Virus record (IMG/VR): IMGVR_UViG_3300026484_000436
Span: 41,640-105,639 of that record
Source: a virus
Length of the DNA stretch: 64,000 bases
Strand: one strand, 5' to 3'
The notes below the pieces were generated by a model, which saw only the letters and a list, made by a program, of their open reading frames with translations, did not search any database and had not been told where the DNA came from. Positions 1-10,038 of this stretch are shown here, piece after piece (the first letter of the stretch is position 1; every line of letters begins with the position of its first letter). The translations under genes were made by a program, and so were the position numbers.

Positions 1-54
1 AGCAGCAATCATTTCAAGTAATTTTTCTTGTGTTTCATAAGTTTGAACTGCCAT
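1..54 (-). CDS. 5' end of a gene running off the left edge (MAVQTYETQEKLLEMIAA...), probably structural
   Basis: ATG at 54 with AAGGA Shine-Dalgarno; frame open to the window edge. Confidence 0.6.
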   Translation of the reverse strand, partial: MAVQTYETQEKLLEMIAA

Positions 55-77
55 TTAATATCCTTTTTTTGTAATAT

Positions 78-101
78 GGGACGATTTTTTAAAATCGTCC
101 C
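78..101. terminator. Inverted repeat (terminator or 5'-UTR stem-loop)
   Basis: gggacgatttt-tt-aaaatcgtccc between the stop at 130 and the next RBS. Confidence 0.55.
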
Positions 102-129
102 TCAATTGTATTTAATTTTTAAAGATTTT

Positions 130-795
130 TTATGCTCTTTCCACAGGTTCTCTTGGTGCATATTTATCAATTAAATCTTTTTCATAGTTAATCATAATTG
201 TAAATGGGAAAGCATTTGGATAATTCCCATCATCATCTTGTTCTGCCCCATCTACATATTTTACATTCAATTCAGCAAAGTGTCTTAAATCTCTTGCAAT
301 AACTTTTGCAGATTTCTCATCAACTTTTAATGCTTGGAGTGTTACTGGTGCCATAACCTCCCCATTTAACGAAACCATAACCTGATATTTAGATGTATCT
401 GGGAAATTATATTGACCTAAATCAATAACTACTTCTCCAGAATCACTATTAAAAAGATACTCATAAGTATCTGTTTTTCTAATTACATTTATAGCATCGA
501 CTAACTTATTAACAATATCTATAACATCTAAAAATTGGTCTTCGGCATCACCTTCACCTAAAAGTTCTTTAAGTGCTTTAACTTTTGCCTTTAAATCATC
601 TAAATCTCCACCTGCTAAATCATCAATTTGACCTTGCAAGTCGTTTAATGCATTCTCAACATCTCCATCTAGACTATTATGTTTAGATGCTAAGTTCGTT
701 ACATTTTCATATAAATCTTTAACTGTCTGAAATACACCTTTTGAATAATCTTCAGGTGTAAGTGTTACTAAATCGTTACTTAAATCGTAAGACAT
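130..795 (-). CDS. Putative virion structural protein (coiled-coil N-terminal half, beta-rich C-terminal half)
   Basis: 221 aa ORF, AAGGA SD, TTAAATA motif at 827-833, tail-gene context. Confidence 0.5.
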   Translation of the reverse strand: MSYDLSNDLVTLTPEDYSKGVFQTVKDLYENVTNLASKHNSLDGDVENALNDLQGQIDDLAGGDLDDLKAKVKALKELLGEGDAEDQFLDVIDIVNKLVDAINVIRKTDTYEYLFNSDSGEVVIDLGQYNFPDTSKYQVMVSLNGEVMAPVTLQALKVDEKSAKVIARDLRHFAELNVKYVDGAEQDDDGNYPNAFPFTIMINYEKDLIDKYAPREPVERA

Positions 796-836
796 TTCTC
801 TTTCCTTTATTTTATATTCTCATAATTATTTAACGA

Positions 837-1259
837 TTAAGAATCGCAACTTTTGTGATTTTCACAATCCTCGCAAGTCATTAAATCGTCATTATGAGCG
901 TGAATAGTCGTATTGTCAAAATATGCCATAACTTCCTCTTTTTTAATTTCATAACAAGGAAACAAATCTCTTAAATTGATATTACAATCATTTCTTTTTA
1001 AAAAATCCATTTTATTATGTATAATTTTTAAATCTGTAGATTTTATTATATCAATTTTATTTTTTAATTGGGCAATATGTTCTATAAGACCATCTATATT
1101 TGTACCATCCAATTCTGGAATTTCATCAAAAAACCTTTGTAATGGTGCTAATAAATACTTATCATTTTCGAATAATTTTTTTGAATTTATATTTAAGGAT
1201 TTTCCTGATATTGAATTGCTATCAACTTTTATTTTGTCTAAATTTGTATGTGGTAACAT
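837..1259 (-). CDS. Hypothetical tail-associated protein
   Basis: 140 aa ORF with SD, in the tail operon. Confidence 0.5.
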   Translation of the reverse strand: MLPHTNLDKIKVDSNSISGKSLNINSKKLFENDKYLLAPLQRFFDEIPELDGTNIDGLIEHIAQLKNKIDIIKSTDLKIIHNKMDFLKRNDCNINLRDLFPCYEIKKEEVMAYFDNTTIHAHNDDLMTCEDCENHKSCDS

Positions 1260-1271
1260 AATTTTTTACCT

Positions 1272-1724
1272 TTAATCTTCAACTTTTTCAGTCGTCAAGT
1301 CCCCATCCTTTATGAATACACGATAAACATCTTCATCTTCTCTAAGGAAAAAATCATTTTGAATGGGTTGTCTATAAGTAAATTTATACCAAGCAATTTC
1401 ATCAGATAACGATTTATTATTTTCGCCAGTCATTGACACATAAAAGGATCCATTTGCTAAAACAACATCTCCCTTCTTGTATTTTTTTGTAGATGTATAT
1501 ATTTCAAAATTACCTTCAAAAATTCCAAGAAGAGATTTGTTTAGTTGAATAATTTTTTCTAAAAAGATTTGATTCACTAAAATTGATTTTCCTGCTCTGT
1601 TTAAATTTTTACCTGTAAATGAAGTATATAAATCTTCTTCAGAACCTTCATAAATCCAAAAATCTGTAAATTCTGAATTTACGATTGGTAAGTTATCGTC
1701 GATTCTATCATAATTTTTATTCAT
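1272..1724 (-). CDS. Tail-fibre-associated protein with a small CBM5/12-like motif
   Basis: YKKGDVV-x3-G-x-FY...W motif; N-terminal YEG...NLN motif shared with neighbours. Confidence 0.5.
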   Translation of the reverse strand: MNKNYDRIDDNLPIVNSEFTDFWIYEGSEEDLYTSFTGKNLNRAGKSILVNQIFLEKIIQLNKSLLGIFEGNFEIYTSTKKYKKGDVVLANGSFYVSMTGENNKSLSDEIAWYKFTYRQPIQNDFFLREDEDVYRVFIKDGDLTTEKVED

Positions 1725-1733
1725 TTTAAACCT

Positions 1734-2351
1734 TTATTTATAATCATTATACAAAATAGTTATTTCCACACTTGGAATTTCATTTGTAATAGGGTTATTT
1801 ATAAAGTATTTAACATTTTTTCCTTCTATCCACCAACCTGAAAATTGAGTTTCATCTATTTTTTTATTTTCAAAAAAAGGCAACCCATCCATTGAAGCAC
1901 CTATCGGTGGTATTTCAAATAAAAAACTATTTATCTTACCCATAACTTTTATATTATTAGAAATAGTTTTTAATTCTATATTATCATAAATTGAAATGTT
2001 ATTATAAAAATTAACTTTTTTATCTTTTTTAAATTTATAAACAATTTTTGAATACCCCACTTGTATTTTATTAGAGTCTTTTTTAAACATTTCATATAAT
2101 TCCCGTTTAATTATATATTGAGGTTTAAAACAAAAATTTGCCGCAGAAATAGATTTATAGAAAAATAAATCTTTTTCCTGAAATGTTTTTAGTTCGGGGT
2201 ATGGGAAGTCTATATTTTTCACTAATTTTAAGTTGAATTGATATCTATCTAATATATTATCATAAACTTTCTTTTTTAAATTATTTATGACATCTATTAA
2301 AGATAATAATTTTTCTGAATAATTAATCTTATTTTCATCTACTAAAATCAT
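1734..2351 (-). CDS. Tail-fibre-associated protein, paralogue of 2354..2977
   Basis: Shared IPPxGxSxxGxP...FSGWWIE motif; start moved to the ATG at 2351 behind GGAG. Confidence 0.55.
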   Translation of the reverse strand: MILVDENKINYSEKLLSLIDVINNLKKKVYDNILDRYQFNLKLVKNIDFPYPELKTFQEKDLFFYKSISAANFCFKPQYIIKRELYEMFKKDSNKIQVGYSKIVYKFKKDKKVNFYNNISIYDNIELKTISNNIKVMGKINSFLFEIPPIGASMDGLPFFENKKIDETQFSGWWIEGKNVKYFINNPITNEIPSVEITILYNDYK

Positions 2352-2353
2352 TT

Positions 2354-2977
2354 TTATCTCCAAATTAGGATTTTAAATGAAATTTTATCACATTTTCCTA
2401 ACCATTGTTCTTTATCTGTTTTTTTCAAAAATATCTTTATTTGATTATTTTCAATCCACCAACCTGAAAAATTTGTAACAACTCCATTTTTATTTAGTGG
2501 GAACCCATTTAATGATATACCTACTGGTGGTATTTGGGTAATTAATCCATTATCCCCACCATTTTTTTGAGCGCACTCATCAAGTTTCACAAGAATTTCC
2601 AAATATGATGGAGTATAATTGAGAGTAGCAAGTGTCCCATACCAGAAATCTTTAGAATTGTCATATTCAAGTTGTTTCCACTCAATTATTTCAGAAGCAC
2701 TTAATGGTTTCTTTTCATTCGCTTCTAAAATACTTTTTTTAATATCATCTATTAAAGGGCTCATATAATCCTTCATCGATTGTAAAAATTCTTCATAAGA
2801 ATGTCCATCAATCATAGAAGCATTTTTAGCATAATAAACAGATAATCTATTTCCATCATTATCTGTAACTATATTACCCACATTTTTTATGTTTCTTGCT
2901 GCATAATCAAATTCTTTTAAATTGTTAAGTGAATTTTCAATATCTTCAAGTTTATTATAAATATCTTGTATTTCCAT
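2354..2977 (-). CDS. Tail-fibre-associated protein, paralogue of 1734..2351
   Basis: Shared C-terminal motif; NASMIDGH fibre-like motif; start moved to 2977. Confidence 0.55.
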   Translation of the reverse strand: MEIQDIYNKLEDIENSLNNLKEFDYAARNIKNVGNIVTDNDGNRLSVYYAKNASMIDGHSYEEFLQSMKDYMSPLIDDIKKSILEANEKKPLSASEIIEWKQLEYDNSKDFWYGTLATLNYTPSYLEILVKLDECAQKNGGDNGLITQIPPVGISLNGFPLNKNGVVTNFSGWWIENNQIKIFLKKTDKEQWLGKCDKISFKILIWR

Positions 2978-3276
2978 TATAACTCCCATTTTTTAATAGA
3001 TCCAAAATCATTGAATAATTGGATAAATTCATCACTTTTTTCTATATCAAGATTGCTAAAATAATAATCCATTATTTTTTCGCAAGATTCTTTTGGTGTA
3101 TTTTCATTTATCTTGTCAATTATTTCCACAAGATAATTCATATCGTTAAATAATTTAATATCATTTTCAAGTAATTTTTCAAATTGTTTATTAACAGTTT
3201 CTGCTGTTAAAAAAACCTGTACAGGTTTTTTATCTTCATAAAATAAGAAGACATCTAAGTCATTAACAAAATTCAT
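2977..3276 (-). CDS. Small tail-fibre-associated protein
   Basis: FYE...LLENDIKL motif shared with neighbours; ATG at 3276 behind GGAGG. Confidence 0.5.
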   Translation of the reverse strand: MNFVNDLDVFLFYEDKKPVQVFLTAETVNKQFEKLLENDIKLFNDMNYLVEIIDKINENTPKESCEKIMDYYFSNLDIEKSDEFIQLFNDFGSIKKWEL

Positions 3277-3841
3277 ATTCTTCCTCCAAGAAAGTATTTT
3301 CACCTTGGCAAAAATCAAAAGGAACATTTTGATATAAAGATGATTCCGATATTATTGTGGCAGGATTTGTTCCATTATTATTTATATAAGGGTCTGGAAA
3401 AATACTTGGGTCATATGGCACTTTTGTTCCATCAGGTAGTAACACATATATTATTTTACCAGTCAAATCATCTTTTATATAAATTAAAGTATCTTCTGAA
3501 TTAAAAGTATTTGCTTCTTTAACAATTTTATTGATAAAACATTTTCCAGAATTGTCAAGGTACCACTTAAAATAGTTGAAAAAATCTTTTATTTTATCTA
3601 ATTCATTGCCGATTATTTTAAACTCTTTTTCTATGAAATAATCGAATGTGATTCTTTCATCTTCTGCTTTTTTCATTTTTTTCTTAACAATCTCTAAATT
3701 TTCGTCAAGTATGAAATCATTTTCAAGAAGATGATTAAATTTTTCAAAATAATTTTCGTCATTAAAAGAAGAGAATGAATTTTGGGAATTTCCTGTATAG
3801 TAAAACTCAAAATCCTCTAAATTCCATTTTAATTTTTTCAT
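3263..3841 (-). CDS. Tail-fibre-associated protein
   Basis: 192 aa; FYYTG...LLENDFIL paralogous N-terminus. Confidence 0.5.
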   Translation of the reverse strand: MKKLKWNLEDFEFYYTGNSQNSFSSFNDENYFEKFNHLLENDFILDENLEIVKKKMKKAEDERITFDYFIEKEFKIIGNELDKIKDFFNYFKWYLDNSGKCFINKIVKEANTFNSEDTLIYIKDDLTGKIIYVLLPDGTKVPYDPSIFPDPYINNNGTNPATIISESSLYQNVPFDFCQGENTFLEEEYEFC

Positions 3842-3850
3842 TCAAATCCT

Positions 3851-4990
3851 TTAAAATAGTTTTACAATGCTATTTACCTCATCAATTACAACCCCTAAGG
3901 TATCTATTGTTTTTATAAGTGAAGTTTTACACATACCCGGATTTTCAAAATCTGGTTCAACATATCTTCCTCTTTTAACATCATTTGAAATTTTTACAAA
4001 AATCCTCCCAACTAATGCTATTTCAGAAGTATATTTTTTTGTATCTCTAAAATTTTCATTTAAAAGTATAGCATAACTATCCGACACTATCCCAAGAACA
4101 GGTCCATTTGTAAAAATCGTCCCTTCTGTTTTCTTACCAACTTGAAGTAATGTCCCAGGTTCATATTTTTTATCCGTTTCATAAACTTCTGCGATATCTG
4201 CTTCTGTTCTACTATAAAAATGCCCCACAATTCTTTGTGCATTTATTTCATATATTGGATTTTCAAGTGTCCCTATTTTTGATGAATCATTTTCCGGTAT
4301 TATTTTTTTAATTATAACATTTTCTGAGTTTAAAATCAACTTATTATTGGATTTTATTTCGAGATTATCATAAGGGGAATTCGAATTGAGTTCTAAAAGT
4401 AAAGTGTTTATACCATCTTCATTTTTTAATTTTAAATTACCATACACATTTGCTTCATCATTGATATACTCAAATAAAACCCCATTTGAATTATCTTCTT
4501 TTACTTTAAATTTTGCTCCTGTACCTTCTGTATTAAATTCAATCAATTCTTCTTTAAAAACATAACTATCCGATATTTGAAATTCATCCGTCTGTAAAAC
4601 ACCAATTTTGGCATTATTTATTTTTGCGATTGTACTTGTTAATGATGTCGTTATAAGGTCATTTGAAATAGACTTATTGGCAGTTGTATTTTCCACAATA
4701 ATTTCATCGGATATGACTTTTTGTATTTCTGCTTCTGTAGATGTTATTTTTGTGATTTCAGCAGTTGATGCTTCAATATAATCTAAAAAGTTTTTTTTAC
4801 TATAAATTGTGTCTATAGATAAGGTATTGTCAGAAAACACCTTTTCAATTTTTATTATTCTATCATCAAGATTGTTTAAATCATATTCTATTTGATTTAT
4901 TATTGAATTTAAAAAAGACGATGATAAAACTGTTCTTTGAGTTTTATCGTCCCCTTCATAAAATTTTGTAAGTGTTTTGTAAGGTATCAT
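3851..4990 (-). CDS. Tail fibre/spike with a C-terminal peptidase G2-like (intramolecular chaperone) domain
   Basis: ADIAEVYETDKKYEPGT...GIVS...IALVGR C-terminal motif. Confidence 0.65.
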   Translation of the reverse strand: MIPYKTLTKFYEGDDKTQRTVLSSSFLNSIINQIEYDLNNLDDRIIKIEKVFSDNTLSIDTIYSKKNFLDYIEASTAEITKITSTEAEIQKVISDEIIVENTTANKSISNDLITTSLTSTIAKINNAKIGVLQTDEFQISDSYVFKEELIEFNTEGTGAKFKVKEDNSNGVLFEYINDEANVYGNLKLKNEDGINTLLLELNSNSPYDNLEIKSNNKLILNSENVIIKKIIPENDSSKIGTLENPIYEINAQRIVGHFYSRTEADIAEVYETDKKYEPGTLLQVGKKTEGTIFTNGPVLGIVSDSYAILLNENFRDTKKYTSEIALVGRIFVKISNDVKRGRYVEPDFENPGMCKTSLIKTIDTLGVVIDEVNSIVKLF

Positions 4991-5001
4991 TTATTTATCC
5001 T

Positions 5002-6171
5002 TTAAAGTTTCCAAAGGAGATTTACTAATGAATCTATTGCAGTATTATCATTATCTGAAACAGAAACAGTTATTTTCGTAATGTTTTCATCGTCATCTTT
5101 TGAAAATTGTAAAAAAACATTTTTTGGACTATCGTCAATTATGCCTGTTAAAATCATAAATGAAGTAGTTTCCAATTTATCAGTATCTATATTTATATCC
5201 ATAATTCCTGCATCATCTCCACTAAAAGAAATTGCCGTATCATCAATTTTTTCACTTTTAAAAATGACTTTGCACTTGTCTTTATCGCTGGTATCTATAA
5301 AAAATTGAATTTCTCCTGTAATGGGTTCTATTTTTGAATGATTTATATCTATTGATGTATCATCATTATATAAAACATTGTCTTTAATTATGGCATTATA
5401 TTTTTTTTCTATAAGATTTTCAGAATCAGTTTTCATAAAACCATCTTCATAAATAACATTTTTATCTAAATCTAATAAAGTATCATCATTATTTTTTAAA
5501 ACATTATCATCAATAATAACATTTTTATCAAGTTCTAAAATAACTTTATCATTTACAATTAAATTGTTATCATTTTTAATGACATTTTTATCCAGATCTA
5601 ATAAAGTATCATCATTATTTTTTAAAACATTATCATCAATAATAACATTATCTTTAACAATTTTGTAAAATTCATTTCCATCTTCATCAAGCATATAAAT
5701 ATAATTATCATCATTTATATATAAATTTATATTTTTTTGGGCATTTTCATTTATTTTATTTATTTCAAGTTTTATATTTCCATCATTATCAACTAAATTA
5801 TCCCCATCTAATTTGGCATTATTTGGAATTATTATTTCATTTACTACATCGTTTCCATCATCATCAATGGTTATAAACGACACATTTCCCGTATCTTCAT
5901 CAAGGTATAAATTGATGTATTTTTTTATTTCTTCTGGATAAGTATTGAAATCCACAATAATATCATTAGAAGTTTGTAATACATTATCAACTATTTTTCC
6001 AATCCTTTTTAAATCATCCAATGAAGGGTATAAAGACCCTAAATCAAAAGTTGTTTGGATTAAAGGGGCCAAATCAAAATAATTTTCGTTTTTTGAAGTC
6101 TTTATTTCATCCGCTTCTATTTTACCTTTTTTCTCATAATCAGGTTTTGCGAATCTACTATTTATACTCAT
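5002..6171 (-). CDS. Asp/Asn-rich tail-fibre-like protein with internal repeats
   Basis: 389 aa; 21/42-aa repeats (NVIIDDNVLKNNDDTLLDLDK). Confidence 0.55.
   Translation of the reverse strand: MSINSRFAKPDYEKKGKIEADEIKTSKNENYFDLAPLIQTTFDLGSLYPSLDDLKRIGKIVDNVLQTSNDIIVDFNTYPEEIKKYINLYLDEDTGNVSFITIDDDGNDVVNEIIIPNNAKLDGDNLVDNDGNIKLEINKINENAQKNINLYINDDNYIYMLDEDGNEFYKIVKDNVIIDDNVLKNNDDTLLDLDKNVIKNDNNLIVNDKVILELDKNVIIDDNVLKNNDDTLLDLDKNVIYEDGFMKTDSENLIEKKYNAIIKDNVLYNDDTSIDINHSKIEPITGEIQFFIDTSDKDKCKVIFKSEKIDDTAISFSGDDAGIMDINIDTDKLETTSFMILTGIIDDSPKNVFLQFSKDDDENITKITVSVSDNDNTAIDSLVNLLWKL
5456..5649. repeat. In-frame direct repeat, about 68 bp x2, offset 126 bp
   Basis: 5456-5523 vs 5582-5649 are near-identical. 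Confidence 0.85.
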
Positions 6172-6182
6172 TTTAAAACTCC

Positions 6183-7271
6183 TTAAATTTTTACAAGAAC
6201 TTCATCAGTTCCATTTTCAAGTGCTACACCAATAAGTCTTAAATTTTCAGGCATTGTCAAGATATTATCAATTGCTTTACCTTTTCCATTTGAATCAGCA
6301 ATAATATATTGTCCTTTTTTCGCTTCACCTATGATTTTAACTTTTACTTTTCCTTTTAGTGCAATAAGTGCTGGATTATCATAATTTCCTTTACCAAGGA
6401 TTGTCCCAGGTTTTTCAGAAATTACACCTAAAAGTTTTCCACCATTATATAAAGTCCCATTGACATTAAGATTTTCAGCAACTTCCAAGATTGTACCAAC
6501 TTCATACTTTTCATCAGCAGAATAGTACTCAGCAATATCCTCTCCTACAGTTTTAAAATCTCCTGCCATAACAGTTGAATTATCAACTTCTCCATCTGCA
6601 TAAAATAAAAAAGTGTTAGGTGTGTCGCCATCGTTTGAATCATCATAAACAATCGCATCTTGTAAATCTTGACTTCCAAAATTATAATACGATTTTAAAG
6701 CATAAAATGCACCCGTTCTGATAAAAGAATTATCATAGTTATCTCCAACTTTAAAGTCTAAATAATCTACTTTTTCTTCATCAACTGTATCTTCAATAAC
6801 TTCAAGTTTAGAGTCAATATCATTAAATTTTATTTCTTCTACATTTAAAGTATGTATTTTTAATTTTTTAAGATTCCCATCGTCATCTTTTAAAGTCATA
6901 GTTTCATCATTATAATCTAGATTTAAACCATTTAATTTTATTTTTATTGTATCGATTTTATAAGAATCTATAATAATCTTATTTTCATCGTCTTTATTCC
7001 TTAAAGTGATTTTTTCACTGCCACTTTTTAAAATAGCGCCATTAAAATTAAAGGTTCCAGACACATCAAAATCATTAGTTTTTAAGTGTGAAGCAGTTGA
7101 GTTGCCACTCTCAAAATCTTTAATTGTTTGGTCTAATTTTTCATCGTTTTTTTCTAATTGTTTTAAGGGTAAATTCAGGTTCGTCCCATTAAAAGGTGTA
7201 TATCTGTCAGGGTCTGAACCTTCATACCACAAAAACATATTATCTTGTGTGTAAGGTATATAATTTGCCAT
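6183..7271 (-). CDS. Tail fibre/spike with a C-terminal peptidase G2-like domain, paralogue of 3851..4990
   Basis: EDIAEYYSADEKYEVGT...GVISEKPG...IALKGKV. Confidence 0.65.
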   Translation of the reverse strand: MANYIPYTQDNMFLWYEGSDPDRYTPFNGTNLNLPLKQLEKNDEKLDQTIKDFESGNSTASHLKTNDFDVSGTFNFNGAILKSGSEKITLRNKDDENKIIIDSYKIDTIKIKLNGLNLDYNDETMTLKDDDGNLKKLKIHTLNVEEIKFNDIDSKLEVIEDTVDEEKVDYLDFKVGDNYDNSFIRTGAFYALKSYYNFGSQDLQDAIVYDDSNDGDTPNTFLFYADGEVDNSTVMAGDFKTVGEDIAEYYSADEKYEVGTILEVAENLNVNGTLYNGGKLLGVISEKPGTILGKGNYDNPALIALKGKVKVKIIGEAKKGQYIIADSNGKGKAIDNILTMPENLRLIGVALENGTDEVLVKI

Positions 7272-7285
7272 TTTAATCCTTTTTC

Positions 7286-7840
7286 TTATTTATCGCAAGT
7301 TTTCTTAAAATAAATTGTCCAACTAAATTTTAGTTTCATTTCATAGTTTTTGTATATTGCTGCTCTCGTTTTTCTTGAAAACATTATATTTTTGTCATCC
7401 TTATCGTCATTACCTGTATTTTTATAAACACTTTCTGATAATAGACCATATTCTGTAATAAGTTGTTCTCCATTTGAACCATTACATTCGTCTTTTTCAA
7501 GGACGATTGAAAAAGTTACACCATAACCACCCACATCTTCGTAAGTTTCAACATCAATTTCTTTTCTAAAAACTTCATTTTCTAATTCGTAGTCATTACA
7601 ACTTGGTGGTCTAACATTTTTTAAATCATCGTTCTCATCAAGATTCATATCACCCAATACTATATATTTAATACCTTTTATGTCTTCGCCTGCCATAAAT
7701 CTACTAAATAAATAACCACTATCTGAAACGATTAAGTTTTTTTCTTGAAAAATTGTTTCAATTACATTGTCTTCATCGTCAAGTCTTTCACACTTGACAA
7801 TACCCATCATATTCTTTTTAGTAAATATATCTAAAAGCAT
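7286..7840 (-). CDS. Baseplate/tail-fibre attachment protein
   Basis: KNLIV-x2-G...ITEYGL...FSRK...WTIYF pattern typical of myophage tail-collar proteins; start moved to 7840 behind AAAGGA. Confidence 0.55.
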   Translation of the reverse strand: MLLDIFTKKNMMGIVKCERLDDEDNVIETIFQEKNLIVSDSGYLFSRFMAGEDIKGIKYIVLGDMNLDENDDLKNVRPPSCNDYELENEVFRKEIDVETYEDVGGYGVTFSIVLEKDECNGSNGEQLITEYGLLSESVYKNTGNDDKDDKNIMFSRKTRAAIYKNYEMKLKFSWTIYFKKTCDK

Positions 7841-7896
7841 CTTTGTTCCTTTAAAATTACTTTTATTTATATTTAATAAAAACCACAAAAGAATTT

Positions 7897-10029
7897 TTAT
7901 TCTTTTGTGAAAAATTTCCTAACAACTATTTGGGCATTTCCTTTACCTACAAAATACTGCTCCTTGAGATTCATAACATATTTTTCATCATCAATTAAAA
8001 TATCGTTACCACCTATTTTCCAAGTTTTACCTTGATTTTTATATTCATCTTTTATTAACCATTCTCCTGAAAACATATAAGTACCTGGAGGTTCTTCGGA
8101 ATCTTTGATATAATCTTCTGCATCATCTCTATTTGATATATCACTTGTATTATTCACATATCTAAAAGTGTCTTTTTCAACTAACTGAAATACTTTATTT
8201 TCATAAAAAGATTTATTTTCATACTTTTTTATATAAACGACATCTTTCTTATTTTTTAGTTTTAATGAGAAATGAGAACTCATTCCGCAAAATACTTCCA
8301 CAAGGATATTTTTTGATTTATCAAGACAAGTCTTTCCAACAACTAATTCATTATAGTTATAATCGCCAAAATCATTAGACCCATATACCTTAATATCCTC
8401 TTTTTTATTATCAACAGTACCACTTGTATTTAAGTTAGAGTTTTTAACCATTTGCACATCTACTCCAACCTTCGTATCATAAGGATTGAAATATCCATCG
8501 GAAAAAATTGCCAACTCTTCTGAATTAGATTTATTAAAGTTATAAATTTCATTGAAGTTTAAGTCTGTTTCAATTGCTGTTTCTTCTATATTTTTTTGTT
8601 TATACACATCTTTTACATCTAATTCTAAATCTACATCAAATTCAATTTCTGGAGAAATAATATATTCAGATACCAATTTAGATGATAAGTTTTCAAAATA
8701 CTTATTTAAGAAAAATGGCATTCTTTCTTCTAAAATTTTGTTTAAAGTGCCTAAATTTTGTCTAAAATCCATAACCGATTTTTCGTCGTTCAAATCAAGT
8801 ACAACATCATAGTCTATATAGCATTCTTTTGAAGAACCTTCAAGTTTTAAAGCACTTGACTTAATTTCATCACCTGGTATTTTAAAACTCTTAGCATTTG
8901 AAATTTTAAAGTTCCTATCATTATTTATTTTTAATGTTACTTCTCTAAAATCAAAACCTTTTATATCTTGAAGATGTTTAAGGTATTTTTTAACATCATC
9001 AAGTATTTCTATTCTTCTATTGACTAATTTATCCACATAGTAACCATTTAAAGACATATAAATATCGTTTTCAATGGTATTATTTACAAAATATAATCCT
9101 GCATATTCATTCCCATCTAATTCAAAATTCATACATCTATCTAAAGCAACTTTTTCCCAATCAACCCTAATATATTTGTCAATCTCTTCGGTTATAACAC
9201 ATTTGAAATCATTTTTAAATTTTTGATAAAGATTATAGTTAGTATTAAACACTTCCATAATCTCATAATAATTATCTATATTATAGTTAAAAAAGTAATT
9301 CAAAAAATTAGTATATTTAGTATTTTCATCTCTAAATGTTATCTTTTCAAAAATATTTGCTTTACTTATTAAATTTATATCCCTATACGAACCTTTCATT
9401 TCTAGATATGAATCAAGTATTTCAGGTTCTAAGATATTATAATAATTATCAAGTGTTCCAGGTTGGTAGTTGATAGTATATGCTTTAAATTGATAATCAT
9501 TCCTGTTTATATCAAACTCTGGTAAAATGTCATTAACTTTTTTCAATAGCGATTCTGTCATCGAAAATATATTTATAGGTATAGTTTCTGTATATTCTTT
9601 AATATAATCCAATTCTAATTCGACACCATTGGAAGCAGTTATCTCAAATTTTTCAACTTCAAAAAAATTAAATCCACTTATAGGTTTATAATTTTTTAAG
9701 ATTACAACATTATCTTTATTATAATAAATGCTCATTAATTGACGATTTGAATACTCAAAAGAGTGCCCATTTATGATAAGAGTAAAAGAATCTTTTACAT
9801 TCCTATTTAGGAGGGAAATACTGATAAAACCTTCATTTTTGCCTAAAAATCTTTTAAGTGATGAATTATAAAATCCATCATTTTGTTTTTCAAATCTTAA
9901 ATTATTCTTAAAATTTACAATTTTTTTAGATTTATTTTTATAAGATGTTAAAAATTCGGGAGATTTGTATGACCTCCCGAATTTTTTTAAGTTTTCAAAT
10001 TTTACTCTCCAATCGATGTTTAAATTCAT
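7897..10029 (-). CDS. Large baseplate wedge-associated protein (gp7-like by position)
   Basis: 710 aa, directly downstream of the gp6-like gene; positional inference only. Confidence 0.4.
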   Translation of the reverse strand: MNLNIDWRVKFENLKKFGRSYKSPEFLTSYKNKSKKIVNFKNNLRFEKQNDGFYNSSLKRFLGKNEGFISISLLNRNVKDSFTLIINGHSFEYSNRQLMSIYYNKDNVVILKNYKPISGFNFFEVEKFEITASNGVELELDYIKEYTETIPINIFSMTESLLKKVNDILPEFDINRNDYQFKAYTINYQPGTLDNYYNILEPEILDSYLEMKGSYRDINLISKANIFEKITFRDENTKYTNFLNYFFNYNIDNYYEIMEVFNTNYNLYQKFKNDFKCVITEEIDKYIRVDWEKVALDRCMNFELDGNEYAGLYFVNNTIENDIYMSLNGYYVDKLVNRRIEILDDVKKYLKHLQDIKGFDFREVTLKINNDRNFKISNAKSFKIPGDEIKSSALKLEGSSKECYIDYDVVLDLNDEKSVMDFRQNLGTLNKILEERMPFFLNKYFENLSSKLVSEYIISPEIEFDVDLELDVKDVYKQKNIEETAIETDLNFNEIYNFNKSNSEELAIFSDGYFNPYDTKVGVDVQMVKNSNLNTSGTVDNKKEDIKVYGSNDFGDYNYNELVVGKTCLDKSKNILVEVFCGMSSHFSLKLKNKKDVVYIKKYENKSFYENKVFQLVEKDTFRYVNNTSDISNRDDAEDYIKDSEEPPGTYMFSGEWLIKDEYKNQGKTWKIGGNDILIDDEKYVMNLKEQYFVGKGNAQIVVRKFFTKE

Positions 10030-10038
10030 AACATTCCT

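Noticed and set aside
5456-5649. CRISPR array or DGR template/variable repeat
   Set aside because: Only two in-frame coding copies, no spacer array, and no reverse transcriptase in the window
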